From: an uncultured Actinomycetota bacterium
GTDB lineage: Bacteria; Actinomycetota; Actinomycetes; Propionibacteriales; Nocardioidaceae
DNA: 64,000 nucleotides
NCBI GenBank assembly: GCA_963841625.1
Contig: CAWJDH010000007.1
Coordinates: 104,834 to 168,833, forward strand
Direction: 5' to 3'
The notes under the pieces are model-generated. The model did no database searches. It saw nothing but the letters and a program-made list of their open reading frames with translations, and was not told where the DNA came from. The translations under genes were made by a program, and so were the position numbers. Positions 9,887 to 20,880 of the stretch are shown here, piece by piece. Every line of letters starts with the position of its first letter. The first letter of the stretch is position 1.

Positions 9887-9943
9887 CTCACATACCGCGG
9901 GTATCATTGGTCTGGCCAGCCAGCAAGGAGAGGGATGGGAGCG

Positions 9944-11851
9944 GTGACCAAGCAGGTCAAGCAGCTCGACCGGGTCATCATCCGGTTCGCGGGGGACTCC
10001 GGTGACGGCATGCAGCTGACCGGGGACCGTTTCACCCAGGAGTCGGCCGCCTTCGGCAACGACCTGTCGACGCTGCCCAACTTCCCGGCCGAGATCCGCG
10101 CGCCGCAGGGCACGCTGCCGGGCGTCTCGTCGTTCCAGGTCCACTTCGCCGACCACGACATCCTCACGCCCGGCGACGCGCCCGACGTACTGGTCGCGAT
10201 GAACCCGGCCGCGCTCCGGGCCAACCTCGGCGATCTGCCCAAGGGCGCCACGATCATCGTCGACACCCACGACTTCACCTCGCGCAACCTCACCAAGGCG
10301 GGCTACTCCGCGAGCCCTCTCGACGACGGCTCCCTCGACGAGTACGCCCTCCACCCCGTCGACCTGACCGGGATGACCGTCGAGGCGGTCAAGGAGTTCG
10401 GGCTGTCCCGCAAGGACGCCGCCCGCGCCAAGAACATGTTCGCGCTCGGGCTGCTCTCGTGGATGTACGGCCGCCCGATCGAGTCGACGATCTCCTTCCT
10501 CGAACGTCGCTTCGCGCGCGTCCCCGATATCCGCGACGCCAACGTGACGGCGTTCAACAAGGGCTGGCACTTCGGCGAGACCACCGAGGCGTTCGTCGTC
10601 TCCTACGAGATCAAGCCGGCCCCGATGGCGCCGGGCACCTACCGCAACATCACCGGCAACCTGGCGCTGGCCTACGGCCTGATCGCCGGGGGTGTGCAGT
10701 CCGGTCTTCCGGTCTTCCTGGGCTCCTACCCGATCACCCCGGCCTCCGACATCCTCCACGAGCTGTCGAAGCACAAGTCGTTCGGCGTGACGACGTTCCA
10801 GGCCGAGGACGAGATCGCCGGCATCGGCGCCGCACTCGGGGCGTCCTTCGCCGGGAGCCTGGGCGTCACCACGACCTCCGGCCCGGGCATCGCCCTCAAG
10901 TCGGAGACCATCGGGCTGGCCGTGATGACCGAGCTTCCCCTGCTGGTCATCGACGTGCAGCGCGGCGGCCCGTCGACGGGCCTCCCGACCAAGACCGAGC
11001 AGGCCGACCTGTTGCAGGCGATGTTCGGCCGCAATGGCGAGTCGCCGGTGCCGATCATCGCGCCGCGCTCGCCCGGCGACTGCTTCGACGCGACGCTCGA
11101 GGCCATCCGGATCGCGATCACCCACCGCACCCCGGTGATGCTGCTCTCCGACGGCATGCTGGCCAACGGCTCGGAGCCCTGGCGCATCCCCGAGGTCTCC
11201 GAGCTCACGCCGATCGACCCCGACTTCGCGACCCAGCCCAACCACGGCGACGGGGACGACAAGGACTTCTGGCCCTACGTCCGCGACGAGGCCACCCTGG
11301 CCCGGCCGTGGGCGATCCCCGGCACGCCCGGACTGGAGCACCGGATCGGCGGCCTGGAGAAGGGCGACGGTCACGGCAACATCTCCTACGACCCCGCCAA
11401 CCACGACTTCATGGTGCGGACGCGTCAGGCCAAGGTCGACCGGATCGCCGAGTCCCTGCCGCCGATGGAGGTCGACGACCCCACCGGCGACGCCAAGGTG
11501 CTGGTGCTCGGCTGGGGGTCGACGTACGGACCGATCGGCGCCGGCTGCCGACGCGTGCGCAAGGCCGGCTACCACGTCGCCCAGGCCCACCTTCGCCACC
11601 TCAACCCCTTCCCGAAGGACCTCGGTGAGGTCCTCGCCCGCTACGACAAGGTGCTGGTCCCCGAGATGAACCTCGGCCAGCTCAGCATGCTGGTGCGCGC
11701 GAAGTACCTCGTCGACGTGATCGGCTACAACCACGTCCGCGGACTGCCACTGAAGGCCGCCGAGCTCGCCGAGGCGATCGGGGAGCTCGTCTCGCAGGCC
11801 GAGGGCATCGACGTCGACCTGACCGCACCCGCCGAGGAGGCGATGAAGTGA
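9944..11851 (+). CDS. korA: 2-oxoacid:ferredoxin oxidoreductase alpha subunit
   Basis: RFAGDSGDGMQLTG, YPITPAS, QAEDEIAG, QRGGPSTGLPTK; GTG start after AGGGATGGGAGC. Confidence 0.93.
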   Translation: MTKQVKQLDRVIIRFAGDSGDGMQLTGDRFTQESAAFGNDLSTLPNFPAEIRAPQGTLPGVSSFQVHFADHDILTPGDAPDVLVAMNPAALRANLGDLPKGATIIVDTHDFTSRNLTKAGYSASPLDDGSLDEYALHPVDLTGMTVEAVKEFGLSRKDAARAKNMFALGLLSWMYGRPIESTISFLERRFARVPDIRDANVTAFNKGWHFGETTEAFVVSYEIKPAPMAPGTYRNITGNLALAYGLIAGGVQSGLPVFLGSYPITPASDILHELSKHKSFGVTTFQAEDEIAGIGAALGASFAGSLGVTTTSGPGIALKSETIGLAVMTELPLLVIDVQRGGPSTGLPTKTEQADLLQAMFGRNGESPVPIIAPRSPGDCFDATLEAIRIAITHRTPVMLLSDGMLANGSEPWRIPEVSELTPIDPDFATQPNHGDGDDKDFWPYVRDEATLARPWAIPGTPGLEHRIGGLEKGDGHGNISYDPANHDFMVRTRQAKVDRIAESLPPMEVDDPTGDAKVLVLGWGSTYGPIGAGCRRVRKAGYHVAQAHLRHLNPFPKDLGEVLARYDKVLVPEMNLGQLSMLVRAKYLVDVIGYNHVRGLPLKAAELAEAIGELVSQAEGIDVDLTAPAEEAMK

Positions 11852-12933
11852 GCACGACCGAGCTTCCGTTCCCGTCCCACCGCAGCGGTGTCGAGTCGGT
11901 GCCGACTACCGAGGAGGCCCAGACCGGCAAGGACTTCACCAGCAGCCAGGAGGTCCGCTGGTGCCCGGGATGCGGCGACTACGCCGTACTCAAGGCCGTG
12001 CAGGGCTTCCTGCCCGAGCTCGGCCTGCGCCGGGAGAACATCGTCTTCGTCTCCGGCATCGGCTGCTCGTCGCGGTTCCCCTACTACCTCGACACCTACG
12101 GGATGCACTCGATCCACGGACGAGCGCCGTCGATCGCGACCGGCATCGCCACCTCTCGTGCGGACCTCTCGGTGTGGGTGGTCACCGGTGACGGCGACGC
12201 ACTGTCGATCGGCGGCAACCACCTGATCCACGCCCTGCGCCGCAACGTCAACATGACGATCCTGCTGTTCAACAACCGGATCTACGGCCTGACCAAGGGC
12301 CAGTACTCCCCCACCTCAGAACCCGGCAAGGTCACCAAGTCGACCCCGATGGGTTCGGTGGACCATCCGTTCAACCCGGTGTCACTGGCACTCGGCGCGG
12401 AGGGCTCGTTCGTGGCCCGCACGATCGACTCGGACCGCAAGCACCTCACCTCGGTGCTCTCGGCGGCGGCGGCCCACCGCGGGACGGCGTTCGTCGAGAT
12501 CTACCAGAACTGCCCGATCTTCAACGACGGCGCGTTCGACGCGATCAAGGACCGCGACACCAAGGAGGACGCGATCATCCCGCTCGTCCACGGCGAGCCG
12601 ATCCGGTTCGGTGTGGACGGCGCCAAGGGGCTGATCCGTGACACCTCCACCGGCGGCGTGAAGGTCGCCGAGGTCGCCGAGGTCGGTGAGGGATCGCTGC
12701 TCGTCCACGACGCGCACCGTGAGGACCCGACGACCGCGTTCGCCATCTCGCGACTCACCGACGCCGGCTACCTCCACCAGGCCCCGATCGGGATCTTCCG
12801 CCAGGTCGACCGACCGACCTACGACGACCAGGCGCGCGACCAGATCACCACCGCCCGGGGCGACACCGACGCGGACTCCCCCGCCCGCCTCGCCGCGCTG
12901 ATCGGCGGCGGCGACACCTGGACGGTCGTCTAG
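11848..12933 (+). CDS. korB: 2-oxoacid:ferredoxin oxidoreductase beta subunit
   Basis: WCPGCGD, SGIGCSSR, TPP motif GDGD...NN, YGLTKGQ. Confidence 0.93.
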   Translation: MSTTELPFPSHRSGVESVPTTEEAQTGKDFTSSQEVRWCPGCGDYAVLKAVQGFLPELGLRRENIVFVSGIGCSSRFPYYLDTYGMHSIHGRAPSIATGIATSRADLSVWVVTGDGDALSIGGNHLIHALRRNVNMTILLFNNRIYGLTKGQYSPTSEPGKVTKSTPMGSVDHPFNPVSLALGAEGSFVARTIDSDRKHLTSVLSAAAAHRGTAFVEIYQNCPIFNDGAFDAIKDRDTKEDAIIPLVHGEPIRFGVDGAKGLIRDTSTGGVKVAEVAEVGEGSLLVHDAHREDPTTAFAISRLTDAGYLHQAPIGIFRQVDRPTYDDQARDQITTARGDTDADSPARLAALIGGGDTWTVV

Positions 12934-12935
12934 CT

Positions 12936-13032
12936 CGTTGAGTTGGGCGTAATGGCCCTGTGAGTTGGGCCCCGTGGCCCCGGTGCGGGGCCTTCATGCC
13001 CAACTCGAGGGGCCCTCATGCCCAACTCAACG
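12936..13032. repeat. Nested inverted-repeat (REP/MITE-like) element between convergent genes
   Basis: Outer 13-bp IR CGTTGAGTTGGGC / GCCCAACTCAACG; inner IR GAGTTGGGC (12962-12970) / GCCCAACTC (12998-13006). Confidence 0.75.
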
Positions 13033-13038
13033 GGTTGG

Positions 13039-14040
13039 TCAGGCGGAGCGGGTGGCGACGATGTCGGCGAACGCCTCCAGGGCCTCGCGGACCGGCCCCT
13101 GCGGCAGCACGCCCAGCAGGTCCTTGGCCTCCTGGGCGCGGGCGACGACGTAGGCCTTCGCCTCGTCGATGGCGGGGTGCTTGCGGAGCAGGTCGAGCGC
13201 TTCGGCGTGGCGGTCGTCGTCGGTGAGGTCGCCGGCGAGGAGCTCCAGCAGCCGGGCGTCGTCGGGGTCCGTCGACTGCCGGGCCATGAGCACCGGCAGG
13301 GTCGGCACCCCCTCGCGGAGGTCGGTGCCGGGGGTCTTGCCCGACTCGACGGTGTCGGAGGCGATGTCGAGGATGTCGTCGGAGAGCTGGAATGCAGAGC
13401 CGACGATCTCGCCGTACGCGGTGAGGGCCTCCTCGACGTCGCGGGACGCACCGCCGAAGCGGGCGCCGTACCTCGCCGCGGTGGCGATCAGGGAGCCGGT
13501 CTTGCCGGCGACGACGTCGAGGTAGTGCGCGAGCGGGTCCTCGCCGGGGCCGGGTGCCACCGTCTCCAGGATCTGGCCCTCGACCAGCTTGGTGAACGTC
13601 TGCGCCTGGATGAGCACGGCGTCGGGACCGAGCTCCGCGGTCAGTTCGGAGGACTTCGAGAACAGGAAGTCGCCGGTCAGGATCGCGACGTGGTTGTCCC
13701 AGCGGGCGTTGGCGGACTCGGCGCCACGCCGCAGGGCCGCCTCGTCCATCACGTCGTCGTGGTAGAGCGAGGCGAGGTGGGTCAGCTCGACGACGCAGGC
13801 GGCGGTCACGACGTCGGAGGAGTCGGGGTGGTCACCGGCCTCGGCGGCGAGGAGGACGAGCAGCGGGCGAAAGCGCTTGCCCCCCGCCTCCATCAGGTGG
13901 CGGGCCGCCTCGGTGACGAACCCGGCGCGGCTGCGGACGTGTCCGGAGAGTGCGTCCTCGACGACCGTCATCCGCTCCTGGAGGCGGTCGGCGAGGTCGC
14001 TGTCGGTGACCGGCAGAGCCAGCGCGCTGGTGCTGCTCAC
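13039..14040 (-). CDS. Polyprenyl diphosphate synthase (menaquinone side chain)
   Basis: GGKRFRP, HDDVMDEAALRRG, FQLSDDILD, GKTPGTDLREG; GTG start overlaps the nuoN stop. Confidence 0.93.
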   Translation of the reverse strand: MSSTSALALPVTDSDLADRLQERMTVVEDALSGHVRSRAGFVTEAARHLMEAGGKRFRPLLVLLAAEAGDHPDSSDVVTAACVVELTHLASLYHDDVMDEAALRRGAESANARWDNHVAILTGDFLFSKSSELTAELGPDAVLIQAQTFTKLVEGQILETVAPGPGEDPLAHYLDVVAGKTGSLIATAARYGARFGGASRDVEEALTAYGEIVGSAFQLSDDILDIASDTVESGKTPGTDLREGVPTLPVLMARQSTDPDDARLLELLAGDLTDDDRHAEALDLLRKHPAIDEAKAYVVARAQEAKDLLGVLPQGPVREALEAFADIVATRSA

Positions 14041-15635
14041 CTGAGGAATTGTCCCGCACTGCCGGCCAGCTCGAGGACGGGCCCCGGCAGGATGCCGATC
14101 GCGAGGGTCGCCGCGGCGCCGACGGCGATGGTGGCTGCGGTGAGCACCGAGGGGCTGGCGACGCTGGGCGCCTCGCCGGTCGGCTCGGAGAAGTACATCA
14201 GCACGATCACGCGGACGTAGAAGAACGCCGCCACGATGCTCATCAGGATCGCCGCGATGACCACTGGCCACGCGCCGGCGGAGAGGGCCACCTCGAAGAC
14301 CGCCCACTTGCCGACGAAGCCCGACGTCAACGGGATCCCGGCCATGGCGAGCAGGAAGAAGGCAAACACCCCGGCCACCACCGGGGCTTCCTTGCCCAGT
14401 CCGGCCCAGCGGGAGAGGTGGGTCTGCTCGCCCCCGGAGTCACGGACCAGGGTGACCACCGCGAATGCGCCGAGTGTCGCGAAGCCGTAGGTCACCAGGT
14501 AGAAGAGCACCGCCTGGAGTGAGGTGAGCTGGCCCTCCGTGAGCTCGGTGGCGCTCTGCACGCCGAGCACGCCGGTGAGCAGGAACCCGGTGTGCGCCAC
14601 CGAGGAGTAGGCCAGCAACCGCTTGATGTCGGTCTGCGCGATGGCGAGGACCGAGCCGACCACCATGGTCAGGATGGCGACGATCCACATCATCGGCTGC
14701 CAGCTCCAGCGGTCGGCGCCGAACGCGACGTAGAACAGTCGGAGGATGGCACCGAAGGCGGCCACCTTGGTAGCGGCCGCCATGAACGCGGTCACCGAGG
14801 TCGGGGCTCCCTGGTAGACGTCAGGGGTCCAGGCCTGGAACGGCGCAGCGCCGACCTTGAAGAAGAGGCCGACGGCCAGCATCCCCATGCCGATCAGCAG
14901 CAGGCTCCCGTTACCGACGTCGTTGCGGACCGCCTCGCTGATCGCCCCGAACTCCATCGTTCCGGCAAAGCCGTAGACCAGAGCGATCCCGTAGAGGAAG
15001 AAGCCGGAGGAGAACGCACCCAGCAGGAAGTACTTCAGCGCGGCCTCCTGGCTGAGCAGGCGCCGGCGCCGGGCTAGCCCGCAGAGCAGGTAGAGCGGCA
15101 GGGAGAGGACCTCCAGGGCGACGAACATGGTCAGCAGGTCGTTGGCGGCCGGGAAGAGCATCATCCCGCCGATCGCGAACAGGACCAGCGGGTAGACCTC
15201 GGTGTGCTCCATGCCGGCCGTGGAGGCCCGGCGCTCCGCCTCGGTGCCGGGCAGCGCAGCTGCCTGCCCGGCGAAGGCGGTGACCCCGCCTTCGAGGCGT
15301 CGCTCGGCGAAGAGCAGCACACCACCGATCGCAAAGACGAGCACCACGCCCCAGAGGAAGACGCTGGGGCCGTCGACGGCGATCGTGCCCTCGGCGGCGA
15401 TCAGGCCGCGGGCCACCCCGCCGCCGAGCGTCGGGAGGTTGGCGGCGACGAAGCATGTGCCGACCAGCGCGGTCACGAGGCCGGCCAGGGTGAGCAGGGT
15501 CTGGACGGCGTACCGGGCCGAACGTGGCAGGAACGCCTCCACCAGTACGCCGGCGCACGCGACGCCGAAGACGACCAGCATCGGCCACAGCTGGGCGTAC
15601 TCGATGTGCGGCTTGACGAACAAGACGGTCTCCAT
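14037..15635 (-). CDS. nuoN: NADH-quinone oxidoreductase subunit N
   Basis: EAALKYFLLGAFSS, FKVGAAPFQAWTPDVYQGAPT, KRLLAYSSVAH. Confidence 0.95.
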   Translation of the reverse strand: METVLFVKPHIEYAQLWPMLVVFGVACAGVLVEAFLPRSARYAVQTLLTLAGLVTALVGTCFVAANLPTLGGGVARGLIAAEGTIAVDGPSVFLWGVVLVFAIGGVLLFAERRLEGGVTAFAGQAAALPGTEAERRASTAGMEHTEVYPLVLFAIGGMMLFPAANDLLTMFVALEVLSLPLYLLCGLARRRRLLSQEAALKYFLLGAFSSGFFLYGIALVYGFAGTMEFGAISEAVRNDVGNGSLLLIGMGMLAVGLFFKVGAAPFQAWTPDVYQGAPTSVTAFMAAATKVAAFGAILRLFYVAFGADRWSWQPMMWIVAILTMVVGSVLAIAQTDIKRLLAYSSVAHTGFLLTGVLGVQSATELTEGQLTSLQAVLFYLVTYGFATLGAFAVVTLVRDSGGEQTHLSRWAGLGKEAPVVAGVFAFFLLAMAGIPLTSGFVGKWAVFEVALSAGAWPVVIAAILMSIVAAFFYVRVIVLMYFSEPTGEAPSVASPSVLTAATIAVGAAATLAIGILPGPVLELAGSAGQFLR

Positions 15636-17184
15636 CAGTCGCCCTCCTCGGCCGAAGCGCTGCCAGCCGGGCTCACGACCGGCCCGTCGTCGCTGACGCC
15701 GGCCTGCTCGAGGCTGGTGTCGACGGTCGGGTTGATCACGTCGAGCATCGGCATCGGGTAGAAGCCGAAGAGCACGAGCGCCAGCACCAGCGGGGCGACC
15801 ACGCCGACCTCGCGCCGGTCCAGGTCGGTGTAGCCCACGATCCCGGGACCGGGCGGACCGGTCATCGTGCGTTGGTACATCCACAGGGCGTAGATCGCGG
15901 CGAGCACGATCGCGGTCACGGCGATCGCTCCGGCCCACCAGGCGTAGTCGAATGCCGAGATCAGGACCAGGATCTCCGAGACGAACGGCGAGAGGCCCGG
16001 CAGCCCGCAGGTGGCGAGGCCGGCGATCAGGAACGAACCGGCGAGCACCGGCGCGACCTTCTCGACCCCGCCGTGCATCCGACTCATCAGGGGGGTGCCG
16101 GTGCGCCGGATCAGGAACCCGGCGACCAGGAACAGCAGCGCAGTCGCGAGGCCGTGGTTGACCATGTAGAGGATCGCCCCGCTGCTGCCCTCGGCGCTGA
16201 ACACGAAGATGCCGAGCACGATCAGACCGAAGTGGCTCAGCGACGTGAGGCCGATCAGCCGCAGGATGTCGTCCTGGCCGATGGCGACCAGGGCGCCGTA
16301 GACGATGGAGATCAGCGCGAGCACGACGACCACAGGCGTGGCCCACTCCGACGCCTCCGGGAACAGCCCGAGGCAGAACCGGATCATGCCGAACGTACCG
16401 ATCTTGTCGAGCACGCAGACCAGCAGCACGCTGGTCCCGGTCGTGGCCTTCTCGGTCGTGTCCGCCAGCCAGGTGTGGACCGGGAAGAGCGGTGCCTTGA
16501 TCGCGAACGCGATGAAGAACCCGGCGAACAGCCACCGTTGCGCGGTCTGGTCGATGTCGATCGCAGCCAGGTCCGAGATGAGGTACGACGGGTGCCCGGC
16601 CTGCGCGGACACGACGTAGAGCCCGATCACCGAGGCGAGCATCACCAGACCGCCGGCGAGCTGGTAGATCAGGAACTTCACCGCGGCGCGGCTGCGGCCG
16701 AGTCGACCGAACCGACCGATCAGGAAGTAGGCCGGGATCAAGGTGGCCTCGAACACGACGTAGAAGAGGAAGACGTCGGTGGCGGCGAACACCGCGATCG
16801 ACAGCGCCTCGAGGGCCAGGACCCAGGCCGAGAACGCCGCCGCGCCCGACGCGTCGAAGAGGCCGACCTCGTCGACCTGGCGGGACGAAGCGACGAGCAC
16901 GATCGGCACCAGCGCCGCCGTCAGCAGGATCATCAGCAGGCCGAGGCCGTCGACACCCAGGGCGTAGTTGGCGCCGAAGACAGCGATCCACTCGTGCTGC
17001 TCGACGAACTGCATGCCACCACCGGCGTCGTACCCGGCGGCGACGACGGCCGCACCGACAAGGGTGAGGCCCGAGACGGCGAGAGCCACGTACCGAGGCA
17101 GGGTCGTCCGCGGCAGGAACGCCGTGACGAGCGCGCCGACCAGGGGCAGCGCGATGAGCGCGGTGAGCCAGGGGAAGTCCTCAT
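15635..17184 (-). CDS. nuoM: NADH-quinone oxidoreductase subunit M (start region ambiguous)
   Basis: IKAPLFPVHTWL, MVNHG, GLPGLSPFVSE; ATG at 17184 is one base out of frame with DFPWLT; an in-frame TTG lies at 17200. Confidence 0.93.
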
Positions 17185-17237
17185 TTCGGGCCCCGTTCAA
17201 AGCGGAACGAAGTGAGCATTTGAATGGGGTGAATCAT
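17181..17237 (-). repeat. MIRU-like 53-bp intergenic palindromic element encoding an 18-aa mini-ORF
   Basis: ATGA at both ends (17237-17234, 17184-17181); [21 protein letters not shown]; IR CCCCGTTCAAA (17191-17201) / TTTGAATGGGG (17219-17229). Confidence 0.7.
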
Positions 17238-19204
17238 GCGAGATTCACCGCCAGGAGAGCGAGGACGATGAGCAGCACACCGCCGAGAACGGACAGGGCG
17301 TAGGAGCGCACGAAGCCGTTCTGGACCCGGCGGAAGACACCGGAGAATCCGCCGACCGCGGCCGAACCACCCTCGACCACACCGTCGACGCCGACGCGGT
17401 CCATGGTGACGAGACCGCCGACCACCCGCCGCCCCGGATCCACCACCAGCGTGTCGTTTATCTGGTTGCCGTAGAGCTCCTCGCGGGCGGCCCGGGTGGC
17501 GAACGAGACCTTGGCCGGCGCCACGCGGGGCACCTCGCGCTTGCCGACCAACCGCCACGCGAGCGCGACGCCGGCAGCCACCACGACCAGCACGATCAGC
17601 GAGACGGCCCATGCGGGCAGCAAGGGCTCTTCGTGCACGGGCTCACCCACGACGGGGGCGAGGAAGGTCACGATCCAGTCGCCGATCAGCATGATGCCGC
17701 CCAGCACGGAGAGCGCCGCCAGCACGATCAGCGGGATGGTCATCACCTTCGGCGACTCGTGGGGGTGCAGGCCCTTGGCCCAGCGCTTGTCGGTGAAGAA
17801 GGTCATCAGCATCAGCCGGGTCATGTAGAAGCCGGTGATGCCGGCTCCGAGGATGGCGAAGACACCGACCACCCAGCTCTGGGCCAGCGCGGTCTCGATG
17901 ATCGCGTCCTTGGACCAGAAGCCCGAGAAGGGGGGAACCCCGATGATCGCGAGATACCCCATCGTGAAGGTCAGGAACGTCACCGGGATCATCTTCTGCA
18001 GCGCGCCGTAGTGCCTCATGTCGACGTCGTCGTCCATTGCGTGCATGACCGACCCGGCGCCGAGGAACATGTTGGCCTTGAAGAACCCGTGGTTCAGCAG
18101 GTGGAAGATCGCGAAGGCGTAGCCGGCGACACCGAGCCCCGCCCCGAGCATCATGTAGCCGATCTGGCTCATGGTGGACCCGGCCAGCACCTTCTTGATG
18201 TCGTCCTTGGCGCAGCCGATGATCGCCCCCCACAGCAGGGTGACCACGGCGACGACCACCACCGCGGTCTGGGCGGTCGGGGCGAGGTCGAAGATGAAGT
18301 TGGAGCGCGTGATCAGGTAGACGCCCGCGGTCACCATCGTTGCGGCGTGGATCAGGGCCGAGACCGGGGTCGGGCCCTCCATCGCGTCCAGCAGCCACGA
18401 CTGCAGCGGCACCTGGGCGGACTTGCCGCACGCGGCCAGCAGCAACAGCAGCCCGAGCGTGGTGAGCACGCCCTGGGATGCCTCGCCGGCCTCAGCGCTG
18501 ATGGTGGTGAAGTCGGTGGTACCCCAGGTGACGAACATCAGCGCCACCCCCAGGGACAGACCGATGTCGCCGACGCGGTTGATGACGAACGCCTTCTTGG
18601 CGGCTGCTGCGGCGGAGTGCTTGTACTGCCAGAAGCCGATCAGCAGGTACGACGCGAGACCGACGCCCTCCCAGCCCAGGAACAGCCCGAGGTAGTTGGC
18701 CGACATGACCAGCATCAGCATGGCGGCCACGAACAGGTTGAGGTAGCCGAAGAACCGGCGCCGCCGCTCGTCATGGGCCATGTAGCCCACGGAGTAGACG
18801 TGGATCAGCGAGCCGACGCCGGTGATCAGCAGCATGAACAGCGCGGTGAGCGGGTCGTAGATCAGGTCGAAGTCGACGGTGAGGCCACTGGTCTCGAACC
18901 ACGTGAACAGGCTCTGGGCGACCTGTCGGTCCTCCTCGGGGCGACCGAGGACGGAGACGAACATGGCCAGGCTGATCAGGAACGAGCCGATGGGCAGCAC
19001 GCAGCCGAGCAGGTGCCCCCAGCGGTCCACGACCTTGGGGAGGATGGCGCCGCCGACCAGCAGGACCACTGCTCCGAGCAGCGGCAGGGCGATCACCACC
19101 CACAGCAGCGAGTAGACGCCGTCGGCGGTGCTGGGCTCGACCACGGGGGCGGTGGTGCCGGCGAGCAGGTTGACGCCCACGGTGTGGATGTTCGACAAGT
19201 CCAT
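17234..19204 (-). CDS. nuoL: NADH-quinone oxidoreductase subunit L
   Basis: [48 protein letters not shown]. Confidence 0.96.
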   Translation of the reverse strand: MDLSNIHTVGVNLLAGTTAPVVEPSTADGVYSLLWVVIALPLLGAVVLLVGGAILPKVVDRWGHLLGCVLPIGSFLISLAMFVSVLGRPEEDRQVAQSLFTWFETSGLTVDFDLIYDPLTALFMLLITGVGSLIHVYSVGYMAHDERRRRFFGYLNLFVAAMLMLVMSANYLGLFLGWEGVGLASYLLIGFWQYKHSAAAAAKKAFVINRVGDIGLSLGVALMFVTWGTTDFTTISAEAGEASQGVLTTLGLLLLLAACGKSAQVPLQSWLLDAMEGPTPVSALIHAATMVTAGVYLITRSNFIFDLAPTAQTAVVVVAVVTLLWGAIIGCAKDDIKKVLAGSTMSQIGYMMLGAGLGVAGYAFAIFHLLNHGFFKANMFLGAGSVMHAMDDDVDMRHYGALQKMIPVTFLTFTMGYLAIIGVPPFSGFWSKDAIIETALAQSWVVGVFAILGAGITGFYMTRLMLMTFFTDKRWAKGLHPHESPKVMTIPLIVLAALSVLGGIMLIGDWIVTFLAPVVGEPVHEEPLLPAWAVSLIVLVVVAAGVALAWRLVGKREVPRVAPAKVSFATRAAREELYGNQINDTLVVDPGRRVVGGLVTMDRVGVDGVVEGGSAAVGGFSGVFRRVQNGFVRSYALSVLGGVLLIVLALLAVNLA

Positions 19205-19208
19205 CCCC

Positions 19209-19502
19209 TCAGTACTTCAGCAGGCTCGCGTCGTCGACCGAGGCCGACCGACGGGTCCGGAAGATGGTCATGATGATCGCGAGCCCCACCACGACCTCGG
19301 CCGCGGCGACGACCATCACGAAGAACGCTGCGATCTGGCCGTCGAGGTTGCCGTGCTGCCTCGCGGCGGCCACCAGCGCGAGGTTGGCTGCGTTGAGCAT
19401 CAGCTCCACGCACATGAACACCACGATCGCGTTGCGCCGGGTCAGTACCCCGACACAGCCGATCGAGAACAGGATCGCCGACAGGACCACGTACTGCGTC
19501 AT
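19209..19502 (-). CDS. nuoK: NADH-quinone oxidoreductase subunit K
   Basis: [29 protein letters not shown]. Confidence 0.95.
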   Translation of the reverse strand: MTQYVVLSAILFSIGCVGVLTRRNAIVVFMCVELMLNAANLALVAAARQHGNLDGQIAAFFVMVVAAAEVVVGLAIIMTIFRTRRSASVDDASLLKY

Positions 19503-20323
19503 GGCGAGTCCTCCTCGGTCCGGGCGGTGACGCCGCTCCGACCGGAACGACGCCCCGCGCCCGCGGCGCCGGTCGAGACGCCGCCCAGGTGCTCCTGGAC
19601 GCCCTCGATGTCGTCGGCGAGTGCCGGCGCGGAACGCACGGTGCCACGCGCGGCCAGCACCCGGGAGACCGACGACTCGGACGCGGTGCCGTCCGGGAGC
19701 AGCGCCGGGGTGTCGACGGCGTTGTGCCGGGCGAAGACGCCCGGTGACGGCAGCGGGCCGAGGTGCTTGCCAGAGTCGGCGTAGTCGCGCATCCGCTGGG
19801 CAGCCAGCGATGACTGGGTGTCCTTGGGGACGATCCGTTCGCGGTGGGCCAGCACCATCGCACCCACGGCGGCCGTGATCAGCAGGGCGCTGGTGGTCTC
19901 GAAGGCGAAGACGTAGGTGGAGAACAGGACGTCGGCCAGCGCCTGGATGTTGCCGCCCGCGTTGGCGTCCTCGAGTCCGACCGCGGTGCCGAGCGTGACC
20001 TGGCTGAGTCCGACGACCAGCACCGCGCCCAGCAGCAGTCCGGCCACGACGGCGAGGACCCGCTGGCCCTTGATCGTCTCGACCACGGAGTCGGAGGCGT
20101 CGACGCCGACGAGCATCAGCACGAACAGGAACAGCATCAGGATGGCGCCGGTGTAGACGATGATCTGGACCGCGAACAGGAACGGCGCCTCGAGGACGAG
20201 GTAGAGCACCGCGAGGGACATCATCACCACCGCGAGCAGCAGCGCGGCGTGCACAGCCTTGCGGACGAACAGGATGCCGAGGGCCGCGGCCACCATCACC
20301 GGCGCGAGGAGCCAGAAGGTCAT
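19499..20323 (-). CDS. nuoJ: NADH-quinone oxidoreductase subunit J
   Basis: [19 protein letters not shown]; operon position. Confidence 0.95.
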   Translation of the reverse strand: MTFWLLAPVMVAAALGILFVRKAVHAALLLAVVMMSLAVLYLVLEAPFLFAVQIIVYTGAILMLFLFVLMLVGVDASDSVVETIKGQRVLAVVAGLLLGAVLVVGLSQVTLGTAVGLEDANAGGNIQALADVLFSTYVFAFETTSALLITAAVGAMVLAHRERIVPKDTQSSLAAQRMRDYADSGKHLGPLPSPGVFARHNAVDTPALLPDGTASESSVSRVLAARGTVRSAPALADDIEGVQEHLGGVSTGAAGAGRRSGRSGVTARTEEDSP

Positions 20324-20880
20324 CGGGTGGCCTCCTTCGGCTCGTCGGCCGCCTGGTGGGAGAAGTTGCCGCGGTAGTAGTCGCCGTCGTCGTCACCGAG
20401 TCGCATGGGGTGCGGCGGCTGCTCCATGCCCGGGAGCAGCGGGGCGAGCAGGTCGGACTTCTCGTAGATCAGGTCGGCGCGGTTGTCGTCGGCCAGCTCG
20501 TACTCGTTGGTCATGGTCAGGGCCCGGGTCGGGCAGGCCTCGATGCACAACCCGCACAGGATGCAGCGCAGGTAGTTGATCTGGTAGACGCGGCCGTAAC
20601 GCTCACCGGGGCTGAAGCGCTCGTCGTCGGTGTTGGAGGCACCCTCGACGTAGATCGCGTCCGCCGGGCAGGCCCAGGCGCACAGCTCGCAGCCGATGCA
20701 CTTCTCCAGGCCGTCGGGCCAGCGGTTGAGCTGGTGCCGACCGTGGAACCGAGGCGCGGTGGGCAGCTTCTCGAAGGGGTACTGCTCGGTGACGACCTTC
20801 TTGAACATGGTGCGGAAGGTGACGCCGAAACCCGCGATCGGGTCCCAGAACTGCTCCCGCAGGCTCTTCTCGTCGGCCAT
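20320..20880 (-). CDS. nuoI: NADH-quinone oxidoreductase subunit I
   Basis: Two CxxCxxCxxxCP motifs. Confidence 0.96.
   Translation of the reverse strand: MADEKSLREQFWDPIAGFGVTFRTMFKKVVTEQYPFEKLPTAPRFHGRHQLNRWPDGLEKCIGCELCAWACPADAIYVEGASNTDDERFSPGERYGRVYQINYLRCILCGLCIEACPTRALTMTNEYELADDNRADLIYEKSDLLAPLLPGMEQPPHPMRLGDDDGDYYRGNFSHQAADEPKEATR

Noticed and set aside
12936-13032. Possible mini CRISPR array
   Set aside because: Repeats are only 9-13 bp and inverted, spacers are not CRISPR-like, and there are no cas genes
14037-16991. 984-aa ORF suggesting a NuoM-NuoN fusion; similar N-terminal extensions on cysA, nuoK, nuoG, nuoF, nuoC, menC, menA
   Set aside because: The extensions are Arg/Pro-rich off-frame reads of the upstream gene; true starts sit at stop/start overlaps
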